Of a stretch of DNA of 35,320 bases, positions 19,257-29,007 are shown one piece after another; positions within the stretch are counted from its first letter, which is position 1; each line of letters starts with the position of its first letter. Location: IMG/VR virus record IMGVR_UViG_2869970738_000004. One strand, 5' to 3'. The DNA comes from a virus. Taxonomy: Duplodnaviria > Heunggongvirae > Uroviricota > Caudoviricetes. Below the pieces are notes generated by a model that did not search any database, was not told the origin of the DNA, and saw nothing but the letters and a program-made list of their open reading frames with translations. A program made the translations under genes and the position numbers.

Positions 19257-19820
19257 TTAATCGCCTGGATAAATGGTAATAACTTCACCGTCATAAGTTG
19301 CCGCCGCTGCGAAAATATCCCCCGGAATTTCCTGAATGATATTCAGCCCTGTCATGTGGCGGCTGACCGGGCGGGCATCAGCAATCAACCGCTCCATTTC
19401 CAGATACATTTCCTCCGTCACGCCACTGTCCAGCGTGCCGACTTCAACGGTAAATGTTCCCGGTTCTCCGCCGAACTCCCACCACTCAGACACGCGAATG
19501 AGGTATCCCAGCGGCTCAATGGCCCGGCGCAGTGCGCTGATGGTCCCTTTGTGTCGGTGTATCAGCCATGCATCACGAATAACCTGTCGCTTTGTCTCTT
19601 CCGGCCAGTTGCGATCCCAGCGGTCAACGGAAAACGCCCAGGCGAGATAAGGCAGCAGATGCACCGGGCAGGTGTCCGGCGACCACAGCGTGTTGAGGTC
19701 TACCGGAATGTCTGTAATGCGTGTTCCGACGGCTTCGGCACAACGCATGAAATTGCTGGCTGATGGTGGTAACAACGAATTACTCATTGCGTCCACCTTC
19801 GCTGATGGTGAATGACTCAC
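19257..19820 (-). CDS. I: Baseplate protein (P2 gpI-like)
   Basis: 187-aa ORF in canonical position between J and H. Confidence 0.8.
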   Translation of the reverse strand: MSHSPSAKVDAMSNSLLPPSASNFMRCAEAVGTRITDIPVDLNTLWSPDTCPVHLLPYLAWAFSVDRWDRNWPEETKRQVIRDAWLIHRHKGTISALRRAIEPLGYLIRVSEWWEFGGEPGTFTVEVGTLDSGVTEEMYLEMERLIADARPVSRHMTGLNIIQEIPGDIFAAAATYDGEVITIYPGD

Positions 19821-20676
19821 AGCGCGCCGCCTGTATGTCGCTGATGGCCATATTCTGTGTGGGTTCGATTATCTCCACGCGTTGCACACCGTGCACATGC
19901 AGTGCGGCAGCAATGGCGGACAACGCCACGTCCTGACCGATAAGCCCCTGCTCAGCCAGCCACTTCCTGAACGACGATTCAGCCGCGGCCAGAATAGGTT
20001 CGGATTCCGGGCCGGGGTAAAAGTACAGTTTTGCATTCAGCCGCCATGTCACGATTCTGGCACTCTGTACGGTCAGGCGGTCGGCCACCGGGCGGGTATC
20101 CTCTGCATTCAGAACGGCGCGAACGGTATTAAGCAACGCCTCCGTTGCTGTGCCGTCGCCCTCAGTGGACAGGATGGAAACCGTCACGTTGGCCGGAGAC
20201 GGGCTGATGGCCCGCGCATCGCGTACCAGACCGCTGGCGCTGCGTGCAAAATACTCGTATGCACCTGACGGGCCAGCAACACTCAGACCGTCATATGCCC
20301 GTTGCGCCCGTAGTCTCAGCGAGGTGTCACTTTCCATCACTGCATCGGTGGTATCCGTTGCCGGAGTGATAACCAGGCGCTTTGTGTTCATATTGCCCGC
20401 GAGGTTGTCCAGGTCTGTCCCGGCGCTGTGGCTTAGCATGCAGGCGCGTGCACCCTCATTGACCCGCTGGCGTAACAGCATTTCACGAAACGACATGGTT
20501 TGAGCGATAACGTTAAGGGGTTCCGATTCCAGCTCCAGCGCGGCGGAAACGGCTTCACGCTGTTCGGCGGGATAGGACGCAATCATCATGGCCTTTGTGT
20601 CAGCCAGAATTGCCTCAAAGTCAGGCTCCGCGATGATGGCGGGTTCCGGTAACTGTGAAAGGTCAACGGCAGGCAT
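19780..20676 (-). CDS. J: Baseplate protein (P2 gpJ-like)
   Basis: 298-aa ORF between W and I. Confidence 0.8.
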   Translation of the reverse strand: MPAVDLSQLPEPAIIAEPDFEAILADTKAMMIASYPAEQREAVSAALELESEPLNVIAQTMSFREMLLRQRVNEGARACMLSHSAGTDLDNLAGNMNTKRLVITPATDTTDAVMESDTSLRLRAQRAYDGLSVAGPSGAYEYFARSASGLVRDARAISPSPANVTVSILSTEGDGTATEALLNTVRAVLNAEDTRPVADRLTVQSARIVTWRLNAKLYFYPGPESEPILAAAESSFRKWLAEQGLIGQDVALSAIAAALHVHGVQRVEIIEPTQNMAISDIQAARCESFTISEGGRNE

Positions 20677-20679
20677 GAT

Positions 20680-21030
20680 TTACTCCCTCAGCGTGATGGT
20701 TAATTCAACATTCTGCATGGTCTGCATGACAGTGCCCGACAGCGTCACCCCGGCGCGGCCTCCTGCCTTCCAGACAACGTCGATAGCGTCCAGGGCAATG
20801 CGGGGTTCCCATCGTGTCAGCGCAATCACGGCAGCACTCATGCATTGCAGACGCGTGGTGTTATTCATGGGTTCGTCAATCAAATCAGGCACAAGGCTGC
20901 CATATTCCCGTCGCATAACCCGGCTTGCCAGCGGGGTGGTCAGGATGTCCCTGACTGACTGTTTCAGGTGCTCCATATCGTTCAGGTTTCCCGTTCCGTC
21001 CGGGTTCATTCCTGTGTAGCGGGTTGTCAC
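20680..21030 (-). CDS. W: Baseplate wedge protein (P2 gpW-like)
   Basis: 116-aa ORF (…DLEHL.QS..DILTTP…SRVMRR.YGSL…) after V. Confidence 0.85.
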   Translation of the reverse strand: MTTRYTGMNPDGTGNLNDMEHLKQSVRDILTTPLASRVMRREYGSLVPDLIDEPMNNTTRLQCMSAAVIALTRWEPRIALDAIDVVWKAGGRAGVTLSGTVMQTMQNVELTITLRE

Positions 21031-21608
21031 TGCGGGCCTCCTGTCGAATCGCTGCCACCTTTAACGCCACCGTGTTTATGCGTATGCACTGTGATGCCGT
21101 TTGAGGTGAAATTGCCGCCGCTGTGCGTGATATTGCCGCTCATCTTTCCCCCTTTTGTGACGTCAAGCGTCGCCGTTCTCAGAAGGTCTGTGCATTCCAC
21201 GACGGGCGTATCCAGTGTCACGCTGACGGATGCCTGCAGGGTGGCTGTTTTCATGCCGCTGGCGCTCAGTGCGCCTGCGTCCGCGTCGTAGCGGAACACC
21301 GCGCCATCCGGCGCGCTGACCACGATTTCTTTCAGGCTTTTGCCGGGGGCCGGAATGGCATCACTCCACAGGCTGCCAATTATCATGGCGGTTTCCGGGT
21401 TGCCGCCAATGCAGGCAATTACCACCTGTTCGCCTGGTGATGGCGGCAGCCACACATTGAAGGCTCCCGCGCGAGTGGTGTTCCAGCGCAGCCAACCTGT
21501 TTCCAGTTCGCCGCTGCGAACGCGCACGCGCCAGGACTTCTCATCAACTTCAGAGATGATCCCGGTGCGGATGATATTGCTCAGTAGCCGCATGAGTTCT
21601 GCGCTCAC
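21027..21608 (-). CDS. V: Baseplate spike / assembly protein (P2 gpV-like)
   Basis: 193-aa ORF with gpV-like sequence (…IRTGII…GEQV…HTHKH.G…). Confidence 0.85.
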   Translation of the reverse strand: MSAELMRLLSNIIRTGIISEVDEKSWRVRVRSGELETGWLRWNTTRAGAFNVWLPPSPGEQVVIACIGGNPETAMIIGSLWSDAIPAPGKSLKEIVVSAPDGAVFRYDADAGALSASGMKTATLQASVSVTLDTPVVECTDLLRTATLDVTKGGKMSGNITHSGGNFTSNGITVHTHKHGGVKGGSDSTGGPQ

Positions 21609-22249
21609 CGTACAGCCTCTGCAATCCGGCCCAGCACCGTGTTATAAATCGGGCGCTCATCTGCCTGGCTGATACCCAGCAGCTCACGTACCGGGTAATC
21701 GGTGAAAATGCCCGGCGCAACCTGATCGCGCTCACCGAACTGATGAACGCGTGCAATACGTGCGGCCACGCCGCTGTAACCCACCGTCACACCGGAAGCA
21801 TCTGCACGGGCTTTCAGGTAGCGGGCGGTGCGCAGTTTTACGAACATGGGGACGCGCTTTGTGCTGTCCTGGTTGATGCGCCGGGTGCGTATTTCCAGAA
21901 AGCGGTCGATGTCATCCCGGTAAAACGTGCGGATGCTGTTTTTATCCTCATCCCACCCGGTGATGGTTCGCCCGTATTTCCCCGTGTCGTGATGCCAGTT
22001 TTTCAGCGTGCGTGCTTCGTTATTCCAGATAAAGCGAATGCGCTCCTGTATCCGGGTTACGTGGCGTCTGCGTGGTGTCCATGCGGTCCCGTCCGGCGCT
22101 TTCTGTGACCGGATACGTGCCTGCTGGGCGCGGCGTAAATCCTGTGCCAGCTTTCTGGCGATGTTATTGATGGCCTGCTGATTCAGGCTGTCGCGGATGG
22201 CTTCAAAGGTTTCATCCACGCGAGTGAATGCCTTATCCATCGCTTTCAC
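21605..22249 (-). CDS. S: Tail completion / virion morphogenesis protein (gpS-like)
   Basis: 214-aa ORF between R and V, overlapping both by 4 nt. Confidence 0.65.
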   Translation of the reverse strand: MKAMDKAFTRVDETFEAIRDSLNQQAINNIARKLAQDLRRAQQARIRSQKAPDGTAWTPRRRHVTRIQERIRFIWNNEARTLKNWHHDTGKYGRTITGWDEDKNSIRTFYRDDIDRFLEIRTRRINQDSTKRVPMFVKLRTARYLKARADASGVTVGYSGVAARIARVHQFGERDQVAPGIFTDYPVRELLGISQADERPIYNTVLGRIAEAVR

Positions 22250-22700
22250 CCCACGTCACATCCTGGAATACATGCGACCAGTCGCCTTCGGAAGATGGCA
22301 GGCGGGGTTTTGGCTCCAGCAGGTGTTCTGCCTGCGGTGTGCCCTGACTGCTGCGCGTGATGCGAACGCGTTCCCGCAGGGGGAGCGTAAACAGGAGATC
22401 GGCGCTGTCATCGTCATTGATAACGGCGGAGAATTTGATGTCCTGATTACGCTCAGGGTTGAGCAACAACTGTGGCTGATTTTCGGATAACCACGCCAGC
22501 AGCGGCAGCGTGAGGTCGTCCAGCTCCCCGGCGTAATCCATGACAAACATCACCATCTGATAGCGGTAAACAAACGATGGGGTTTCTCCGGTCGTTTCAA
22601 TGTTGCCGCTCTCCACGAAAATGGTGAATTTTTCCGGGTTAGCCTGACACCATCGGCATGAACGGGTCATGGCTTCACGCAGGGAATCAGTTTTCAGCAT
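22233..22700 (-). CDS. R: Tail completion protein (P2 gpR-like)
   Basis: 155-aa ORF MLKTDSLREAM…LAWLSENQP…. Confidence 0.8.
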   Translation of the reverse strand: MLKTDSLREAMTRSCRWCQANPEKFTIFVESGNIETTGETPSFVYRYQMVMFVMDYAGELDDLTLPLLAWLSENQPQLLLNPERNQDIKFSAVINDDDSADLLFTLPLRERVRITRSSQGTPQAEHLLEPKPRLPSSEGDWSHVFQDVTWGESDG

Positions 22701-23244
22701 GGTTGTTATCCTCGTTGTTCAGTCGTTGCAGCCTGCGCTGTTCCAGTAATTCAATGGCCCGTTTATCCGCGTTACAGGTTTCCAGTGCATCCAGAAGGCG
22801 GTCGCCCCATATACCGAGATTTCCCCATGTGGGAGTGTCAGGGAAGGGGGAGGCGTTACCGGTATGGTCAGCGTCTGCGGTATAAGCCGGACTGACGGCG
22901 CTGGCAGTGGCGCGTTCTGCGTGCCTGCGCAGCCTGTCAGTAAAACGAGCGTCAGGCAAAGCGTGGGCGCATTCATCTTTTGCAATATCGTTGCGTAGCT
23001 GTTCACGTCTTACCTCTCCGTCCTGATTGCGTTGCTGATTTTCCACGCGGAGTTGCGCCAGCACCTGCTGCATATCCTGTACCCCGGCGCTGATGATATT
23101 CAGGGTGTCGGCGGTACTTTTCAGGGTGCTGGCCTGCGCTTCGTTTCTGGCGTTCTCCCGGCCCAGCGACCACGACAGACGCATGGATGTTCCCCATCCG
23201 GCAGTCAGAAGGAAAGCGACGCCAAGCGTGGGCCAGAGCTTCAT
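22687..23244 (-). CDS. lysB: Rz-like inner-membrane spanin (LysB-like); likely start at the internal Met (MKLWPTLGVAFLLTAGWG…)
   Basis: N-terminal TM helix then coiled-coil-rich periplasmic domain; ATGA overlap with the endolysin stop. Confidence 0.7.
   Translation of the reverse strand: MKLWPTLGVAFLLTAGWGTSMRLSWSLGRENARNEAQASTLKSTADTLNIISAGVQDMQQVLAQLRVENQQRNQDGEVRREQLRNDIAKDECAHALPDARFTDRLRRHAERATASAVSPAYTADADHTGNASPFPDTPTWGNLGIWGDRLLDALETCNADKRAIELLEQRRLQRLNNEDNNHAEN
22719..22976 (-). CDS. lysC: Rz1-like outer-membrane lipoprotein spanin (LysC-like) embedded in lysB in another frame
   Basis: MNAPTLCLTLVLLTGCAG lipobox signal followed by Pro-rich sequence. Confidence 0.6.
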   Translation of the reverse strand: MNAPTLCLTLVLLTGCAGTQNAPLPAPSVRLIPQTLTIPVTPPPSLTLPHGEISVYGATAFWMHWKPVTRINGPLNYWNSAGCND

Positions 23245-24158
23245 GCCGGATAGGCTCCGTGTGGTAACTGAAAATGCGGTCCGTCTTTCAGGGTCTTCCA
23301 GTCGCCGCCCCATTCCACCGGAATATTCAGTTCCCGGCTGGCCTGTCTGAATGCTGCTGCGATTTTTTCGTACAGCGGCCATTCCCATGACACCTGGCTG
23401 CCGATATAAGCCACAACATCCACGGCATGCCCCGTAAGGTGGCGGCTGTTCATGGTCTGGCTCTTACCCGTGGCCACCAGTTGCTTCTGGCGGTAACGGC
23501 TGCGCAACCCTTCGGTGATACCAAAATCCACTTCCGAGATTTCCAGTGCCCGTCGGGTCACTTTCACCAGATCAGGATTTACACCCTGCAAATTCTTTTC
23601 GCTCCGGCTGCTGAATTTAAATGTGTTGCTCATTCGTCCTTCTCCTTCACTCTGGATACTGTTAAACGTCATCACCGCCTGACGTTGCTGTGCCGTGAAT
23701 TTCAGGCGCTCAGTGCCCAGGCTTGCCGGGGTGTCGGTCATCGCCAGCCCGACCAGATAGGCGCGCCCGTTAACGGAGAACTGCGGGTGCAGTTCGATAC
23801 TGGAATAGATTTTCTTGCCGTCCGCAACAAGCTGCTTCATGCGCTCGGTCGGTTCGATTTCTGCATACAGCGCAGTACGTCCGGCCAGCGGACCTTCCGT
23901 AATGTCTTCCGTACTCAGTGCGGTGACATCGCCCATTGCGGAAAATTCGCTTGACGGGCATGGCGAGAGATAGTGCTCAACGTTCACGCGGGCAGCGTAA
24001 ACATCCGGGTTGAAGTTCTCGGCGGCTTCACGCAGATGCACCGGACTGATTTCACGGCCATCAACAGTTGATCCGGAGACAGCCACGCGAAACTTTTTGC
24101 GGGATGTCTTTTTTTCATTAGCCATAGTTTTTGCCCCTCTGACTGGTTCTTCAGTCAT
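23241..24158 (-). CDS. In-frame fusion of a gpO (capsid scaffold) N-terminal fragment with an M15-peptidase endolysin; the endolysin may initiate separately at the internal Met near 23633
   Basis: Residues 12-160 are gpO-like (…FRVAVSGSTVDGREIS…YLVGLAMTDTPASLGTE…); residues 176-305 are M15 endolysin-like (MSNTFKFSSRSEKNLQGVNPDL…HLTGHAVDV…); an AGGAGAAGG RBS is translated within the linker. Confidence 0.7.
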   Translation of the reverse strand: MTEEPVRGAKTMANEKKTSRKKFRVAVSGSTVDGREISPVHLREAAENFNPDVYAARVNVEHYLSPCPSSEFSAMGDVTALSTEDITEGPLAGRTALYAEIEPTERMKQLVADGKKIYSSIELHPQFSVNGRAYLVGLAMTDTPASLGTERLKFTAQQRQAVMTFNSIQSEGEGRMSNTFKFSSRSEKNLQGVNPDLVKVTRRALEISEVDFGITEGLRSRYRQKQLVATGKSQTMNSRHLTGHAVDVVAYIGSQVSWEWPLYEKIAAAFRQASRELNIPVEWGGDWKTLKDGPHFQLPHGAYPA

Positions 24159-25927
24159 GATGGCAAAGCGTAACAGGCTGATACAAAGGGCTTTTGTTGT
24201 AAGAAAACGGCCAGAACAGAGGGTTAAGGAGAACAGTTTCGCGCGCGGGTAATCTTCCTGTAATTACTCAGGGGAGCAATGATTCAGGACGCTTTTGTGC
24301 GCCAGCGTGCGCGGCAACTTTACTGGCAGGGTTATCCGCCCGCAGAAATATCACGTCTGATGGGAATAAACCCGAACACGATTTATGCGTGGAAAAAACG
24401 TGACCAGTGGGATGAAACGCCACCCGGGCAGCGTGTCACGCAGTCCATCGATGCGCGCCTCATCCAGCTTACTGAAAAACAGAATAAAACAGGCGGTGAC
24501 TTTAAGGAAATAGACCTGCTGACCCGGCAGCTTAAAAAGCTGCATGATGGCCAGCCGGATGTGATGGCCGCAGGAAAGAAAGGCCGGGCGAAAAAACTCA
24601 AAAATCATTTCACGCCGGAACAGATTGCCGCACTGCGGGAAAAAATCATCAGCAGGCTGGAGTGGCATCAGCGGGGCTGGTTTGACTCCCTGACCCTTTG
24701 CAGGGAAGCCGGGATACGTAACAGGATGATCCTGAAATCCCGACAGATTGGGGCGACCTGGTATTTTGCACAGGAAGCACTGCTGATGGCGCTGCGTGAC
24801 GATGTGGCGCAACCTTACCAGCGTAACCAGATTTTTTTGTCTGCGTCGCGTCGTCAGGCGTTCCAGTTTAAAAGCATTATTCAGAAGGCGCGGCTGAAGT
24901 TGATGTGGAGCTGAAAGGGGGCGATAAAATCATCCTCTCCAACGGCGCAGAGCTGCATTTTCTCGGCATTTCTGCTGCGTCGGCACAGTCCTATACGGGC
25001 AATTTTTATTTTGATGAATTTTTCTGGGTCAGTCGCTTTGCTGAACTGCGCAAGGTGGCTGGCGCTATGGCAACCCTCAGCGGACTGCGGCGCACCTACT
25101 TCTCCACGCCATCCACCGAAACGCACGAGGCATACGCCTACTGGAACGGCGACCGCTGGAACGAGAAAAAGGCCTCGCATAAACGCCAGCGTTTTTCTGT
25201 GGACTGGAAAACGCTGCATAACGGGCTTATCTGCCCTGACCGGACGTGGCGGCAAATTGTCACGCTGGAAGATGTGGTTAATCACGGCTGGAAACACACC
25301 GATATCGACGAAATTCGTGATGAAAACACCGAAGACGAGTTCCTCAATCTCTATATGTGCGAGTTTGTCCGCGAAGGGGAATCGGCATTTAACCTGAATA
25401 TCCTGATTGGCTGCGGCGTTGACGGATACGACGACTGGAAAGACTGGAAACCTTTTGCTCCCCGCCCGATGGGGAATCGTCCGGTATGGATTGGGTATGA
25501 CGCAAACGGCAGCAGTGGCAACGGCGACAGCGGCGCTGTGTCCGTGGTGGTTCCTCCGTCTGTTCCTGGTGGCCGTTTTCGAACGGTGGAGACGCGACGC
25601 GTTCAGGGGCTGGAGTTTGAAGAACAGGCCAGAGTCATTGAAGAGTTCACGTGTCGCTACAACGTGGAACACATCGGCATTGATGTGACGGGCGGGAACG
25701 GGGAGGCTGTTTATCAGATAGTGAAACGGTTTTTCCCTGCCGCTATTCCGTACACCTTCACGCTGTCATCAAAACGGTCGCTGGTACTGAAAATGCTGCA
25801 AATAATGCGTGCCGGGCGGTGGGAATACGATCGCGCCGAACGCGAGCTGGTCGCGGCCTTTAACGCCGTGCGGGTGATGCTGCCAACTTACTGATTTAGT
25901 GTATGATGGTGTTTTTGAGGTGCTCCA

Positions 25928-26203
25928 GTGGCTTCTGTTTCTATCAGCTGTCCCTCCTGTTCAGCTACTGACGGGGTGGTGCGTAACGGCAAAAGCACTG
26001 CCGGACATCAGCGCTATCTCTGCTCTCATTGCCGTAAAACATGGCAACTACAGTTCACTTACACCGCCTCTCAGCCCGGTACGCACCAGAAAATCATTGA
26101 TATGGCCATGAATGGCGTCGGATGTCGTGCCAGTGCACGCATTATGGGCGTTGGCCTCAACACGATTTTACGTCACTTAAAAAACTCAGGCCGCAGTCGG
26201 TAA
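25928..26203 (+). CDS. insA: IS1 InsA
   Basis: 91-aa ORF. Confidence 0.9.
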   Translation: MASVSISCPSCSATDGVVRNGKSTAGHQRYLCSHCRKTWQLQFTYTASQPGTHQKIIDMAMNGVGCRASARIMGVGLNTILRHLKNSGRSR

Positions 26204-26247
26204 CCTCGCGCATACAGCCGGGCAGTGACGTCATCGTCTGCGCGGAA

Positions 26248-26625
26248 ATGGACGAACAGTGGGGATACGTCGGGGCTAAATCGCGCCAGCGCTGGCTGTT
26301 TTACGCGTATGACAGGCTCCGGAAGACGGTTGTTGCGCACGTATTCGGTGAACGCACTATGGCGACGCAGGGGCGTCTTATGAGCTTGCTGTCACCCTTT
26401 GACGTGGTGATATGGATGACGGATGGCTGGCCACTGTATGAATCCCGCCTGAAGGGAAAGCTGCACGTAATCAGCAAGCGATATACGCAGCGAATTGAGC
26501 GGCATAACCTGAATCTGAGGCAGCACCTGGCACGGCTGGGACGGAAGTCGCTGTCGTTCTCAAAATCGGTGGAGCTGCATGACAAAGTCATCGGGCATTA
26601 TCTGAACATAAAACACTATCAATAA
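26248..26625 (+). CDS. insB: IS1 InsB reading frame
   Basis: MDEQWGY… portion of track ORF 26122-26625. Confidence 0.85.
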   Translation: MDEQWGYVGAKSRQRWLFYAYDRLRKTVVAHVFGERTMATQGRLMSLLSPFDVVIWMTDGWPLYESRLKGKLHVISKRYTQRIERHNLNLRQHLARLGRKSLSFSKSVELHDKVIGHYLNIKHYQ

Positions 26626-26805
26626 GTTGGAGTCATTACCCGCCGTGCGTAAGGTGAAAACACCGGGCGGCTTTATCACTTACGAAACGGACCGAGCGAG
26701 GGGGATCAGCCACGGCGACCTTGCGTGGGTAACCATGCTTGCTGTCATTAACGAACCGATTGGCGGCGAAGGAGAAAACGAGCGTTTCACGGTTATGGAG
26801 TTCTG

Positions 26806-27863
26806 ATGAGCAGAAAAAATAAAAAAGTGCGCATGAGTTCACGCATTGATCTCGCTGATGCGCTCAGGAAAGAATCATCGCTCAGTGCATTCACATTTGA
26901 TGGTCCTTATCGCCTGACCGGGCATGACCTGCTGGACAATATGTACTGTGCTGATAACGGGCGGTGGTATGAACCCCGGTGGACTGGTACGGTCTGGCAA
27001 GAGCTGCCCGGCAAACGTCTTGGCATCAGTCTGCGCTTTACTTTAAGCGCAATGTATTGCTCGGTTGCTACATCCCGCACCCGCTGCTTTCCCGGTAGGA
27101 TTTCTCGGCGCTGGCGCTGGCGCTGGCGCTGGACTGGTTTGTGTTCGGTAACGCATTCCTTGAGCTTCGAAGCAATATGCTCGGCGAACCGCTTAAATTA
27201 CGGCACGCCCTGGCGAAATACATGCGACGCGGAAGCGATCTTGAATCATGGTGGTATGTGCAGGATGGCAAGGATGCGTTTCAGTTTCGCCCAGGCAAAG
27301 TGTGTCACCTGATGAATCCTGACATTAACCAGGAAATCTACGGCATGCCGGAATATCTCGGCGCATTACTCTCGGCCAGCCTGTCTCATTCGGCGGACAT
27401 GTTCAGAAAACTGTATTACGACAACGGATCCCACGCCGGGTGCATCATCTACATCGGTGCCGCGCAGGTAAACCGCGAAAGCATGGACTCCCTGAAAGAA
27501 ACGCTACAGGGTGCGCGTGGTGGTGGTGCGTTTAAAAACGTGCTCATTCATGCGCCCAACGGGGGCAAAGAGGGGGTGCAAATTTTGCCGTTCCAGCAGA
27601 TCACCGCAAAGGATGAGTTCATGAATGTTAAGGCGGCATCCCGTGATGATGTGCTGGCTGCGCACCGCGTTCCGCCGCAACTGATGGGGGCGATGCCGGG
27701 TGAAAAAAGTGCGTTTGGTGATGTGGAGAAGGCCGCGCGGGTTTACGCAATTAACGAGCTGATGCCCGTCATGGAGGCCATGAAGCACATCAATGACTGG
27801 CTTGGCGAAGAGGTGATCCGCTTTAACCCTTACGCACTGTTAGACATCCAGCCCACATCCTGA
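26806..27863 (+). pseudogene. Q: Portal protein (P2 gpQ-like), frameshift at about 27095-27125 next to a (GCGCTG)4 repeat
   Basis: Two overlapping track ORFs (26806-27312 and 27141-27863); the downstream portal frame (…ALALALALDWFVFGNAFLE…AAHRVPPQLMG…) is closed upstream by TAG at about 27097. Confidence 0.8.
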
Positions 27864-27888
27864 TGCGCTTCGCTTGTCTGCTGCTTCG

Positions 27889-27913
27889 CCGGGGCATAAA
27901 AAATTTATGCCCC
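27889..27913. other. Perfect 10-bp-stem hairpin about 27 nt after the Q stop, no flanking U-tract
   Basis: CCGGGGCATAAA-AAA-TTTATGCCCCG. Confidence 0.4.
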
Positions 27914-28287
27914 GACTCTCCAGCTCCTGTATCAGTCAGATAATTTCACGACGCCTTCCAGTTTATCGCCACCATCGACGGTCAGACTCTTACGCAATCC
28001 CACCGCGTTGACTGCATGTTCTCGCCGCCTCAGTGCGATTTTGACGGCCTTACCTTTCACCCCATCAAATCAGAATCCCTCACGTATTTTTCACGCTCAG
28101 CGTGAGAAATACGGCCATTCTGTCGTGTCGCTGCGACATCGTTAAGGGAACGCTATTTACCCCCTGAAACGCGGGCTGTTCCCCCGTCACCTGCGCGCAG
28201 AAAAAGCGCGTTTTTTTGTGCACGCACGGATCCTTGACGGATCCAGCCGCCACGCGGGCTGGAAGGGCAAAAATTCGTTCAAAAAAA

Positions 28288-28314
28288 TTGTGCAAATTTG
28301 TGCACTATTGTGCA
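28288..28314. repeat. Three helically phased direct repeats of TTGTGCA (10-bp spacing) in the Q-distal intergenic region
   Basis: aaaTTGTGCAaatTTGTGCActaTTGTGCAgc. Confidence 0.5.
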
Positions 28315-28353
28315 GCAGGGCGATGTGCGATTATCGCCCTAGTTTGAGGGGGA

Positions 28354-28944
28354 TCAGGTGTTATTTTTATCTGTCGTCAGTGGGCTAAACCATCCACAAT
28401 TTACATCGCATGACTGATGCGTTCTGTCCTCGTGTTTCTCCTGCCACAATGCTTTTCCGCCAGCCTTTATGATGGCTCTTTCAACATCCCGCTCGTATCG
28501 CAAGGGCTGAAATACGTCATTAATGAAATATTCGCTTATGTCCGGAAGCGATACTGCAAAATTATTTGTTTGTTGCGCCGTCCTGCTATGCAGCAAAGCG
28601 GCATGCTTTAATGCGTCCTGTGCTTTCTGGAATTTAAGTGCATAGTCAGTGGCGATTTTTTCCAGTTCAGCGATTCGGTTGTCTTTGGTTTCCAGCCAAT
28701 CAAGTAGCGCCAATACTTCAGGATCCCCGACATCCAACACTGTTACGCGTGATTTTTCATAATGTTCGTCAGCAAGAGTTCGGCCAATTTTGAAATCTCC
28801 ATCATCACCATAACCGGAGCAGGCATAAACAACCTGTGCTCCAGATATTCGCTGAATTGACATTTCCTCGCCGCAAATAGGGCATTTCGGTACTGGCACA
28901 GGTGAATAACGTTCACGTAATGCCTGATAGTTGATTTCGCTCAT
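28354..28944 (-). CDS. Hypothetical 196-aa protein with N-terminal zinc-ribbon (CPICGEE…C.G) and central coiled-coil; possibly ead/Ea22-like
   Basis: Single ORF with GGAG RBS; family assignment from recollection only. Confidence 0.55.
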   Translation of the reverse strand: MSEINYQALRERYSPVPVPKCPICGEEMSIQRISGAQVVYACSGYGDDGDFKIGRTLADEHYEKSRVTVLDVGDPEVLALLDWLETKDNRIAELEKIATDYALKFQKAQDALKHAALLHSRTAQQTNNFAVSLPDISEYFINDVFQPLRYERDVERAIIKAGGKALWQEKHEDRTHQSCDVNCGWFSPLTTDKNNT

Positions 28945-29007
28945 TAAGTCGTTCTCCTTGTTTATGTTCTGAGGTGGAGAGCAGGGCGAACTCGCCCTGA
29001 TGTTGTG

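Larger units (their letters stand above)
25873..26640 (+). mobile_element. IS1 copy 4 (opposite orientation to copies 1-3, divergent isoform), 9-bp target duplication CGCCGTGCG
   Basis: Starts GGTGATGCTGCCAACTTACTGAT, ends …GGAGTCATTACC; identical flanks at 25864-25872 and 26641-26649; InsA differs from copies 1-3. Confidence 0.95.
24279..26805 (+). pseudogene. P: Terminase large subunit (P2 gpP-like), frameshift near 24875-24905 and IS1 insertion at 25873-26640
   Basis: N-terminal frame (…INPNTIYAWKKRDQWDE…ILKSRQIGATWYFA…) ends at 24914; the next frame continues …VELKGGDKIILSNGAELHFLG…; C-terminal codons resume after IS1 to the stop at 26804-26806. Confidence 0.8.

Noticed and set aside
24159-24278. 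Ogr-dependent late promoter dyads (TGT-N12-ACA) in the P/O divergent region
   Set aside because: Candidate TGT and ACA triplets are present but not at 12-bp spacing on manual inspection; cannot be supported without a proper motif scan.
24881-25672. 263-aa reverse-strand ORF inside terminase P
   Set aside because: Antisense to the terminase ORF, no start context.
28080-28295. 71-aa reverse-strand ORF in the putative cos interval
   Set aside because: Overlaps the hairpin and repeat elements; no RBS; region better explained as noncoding.
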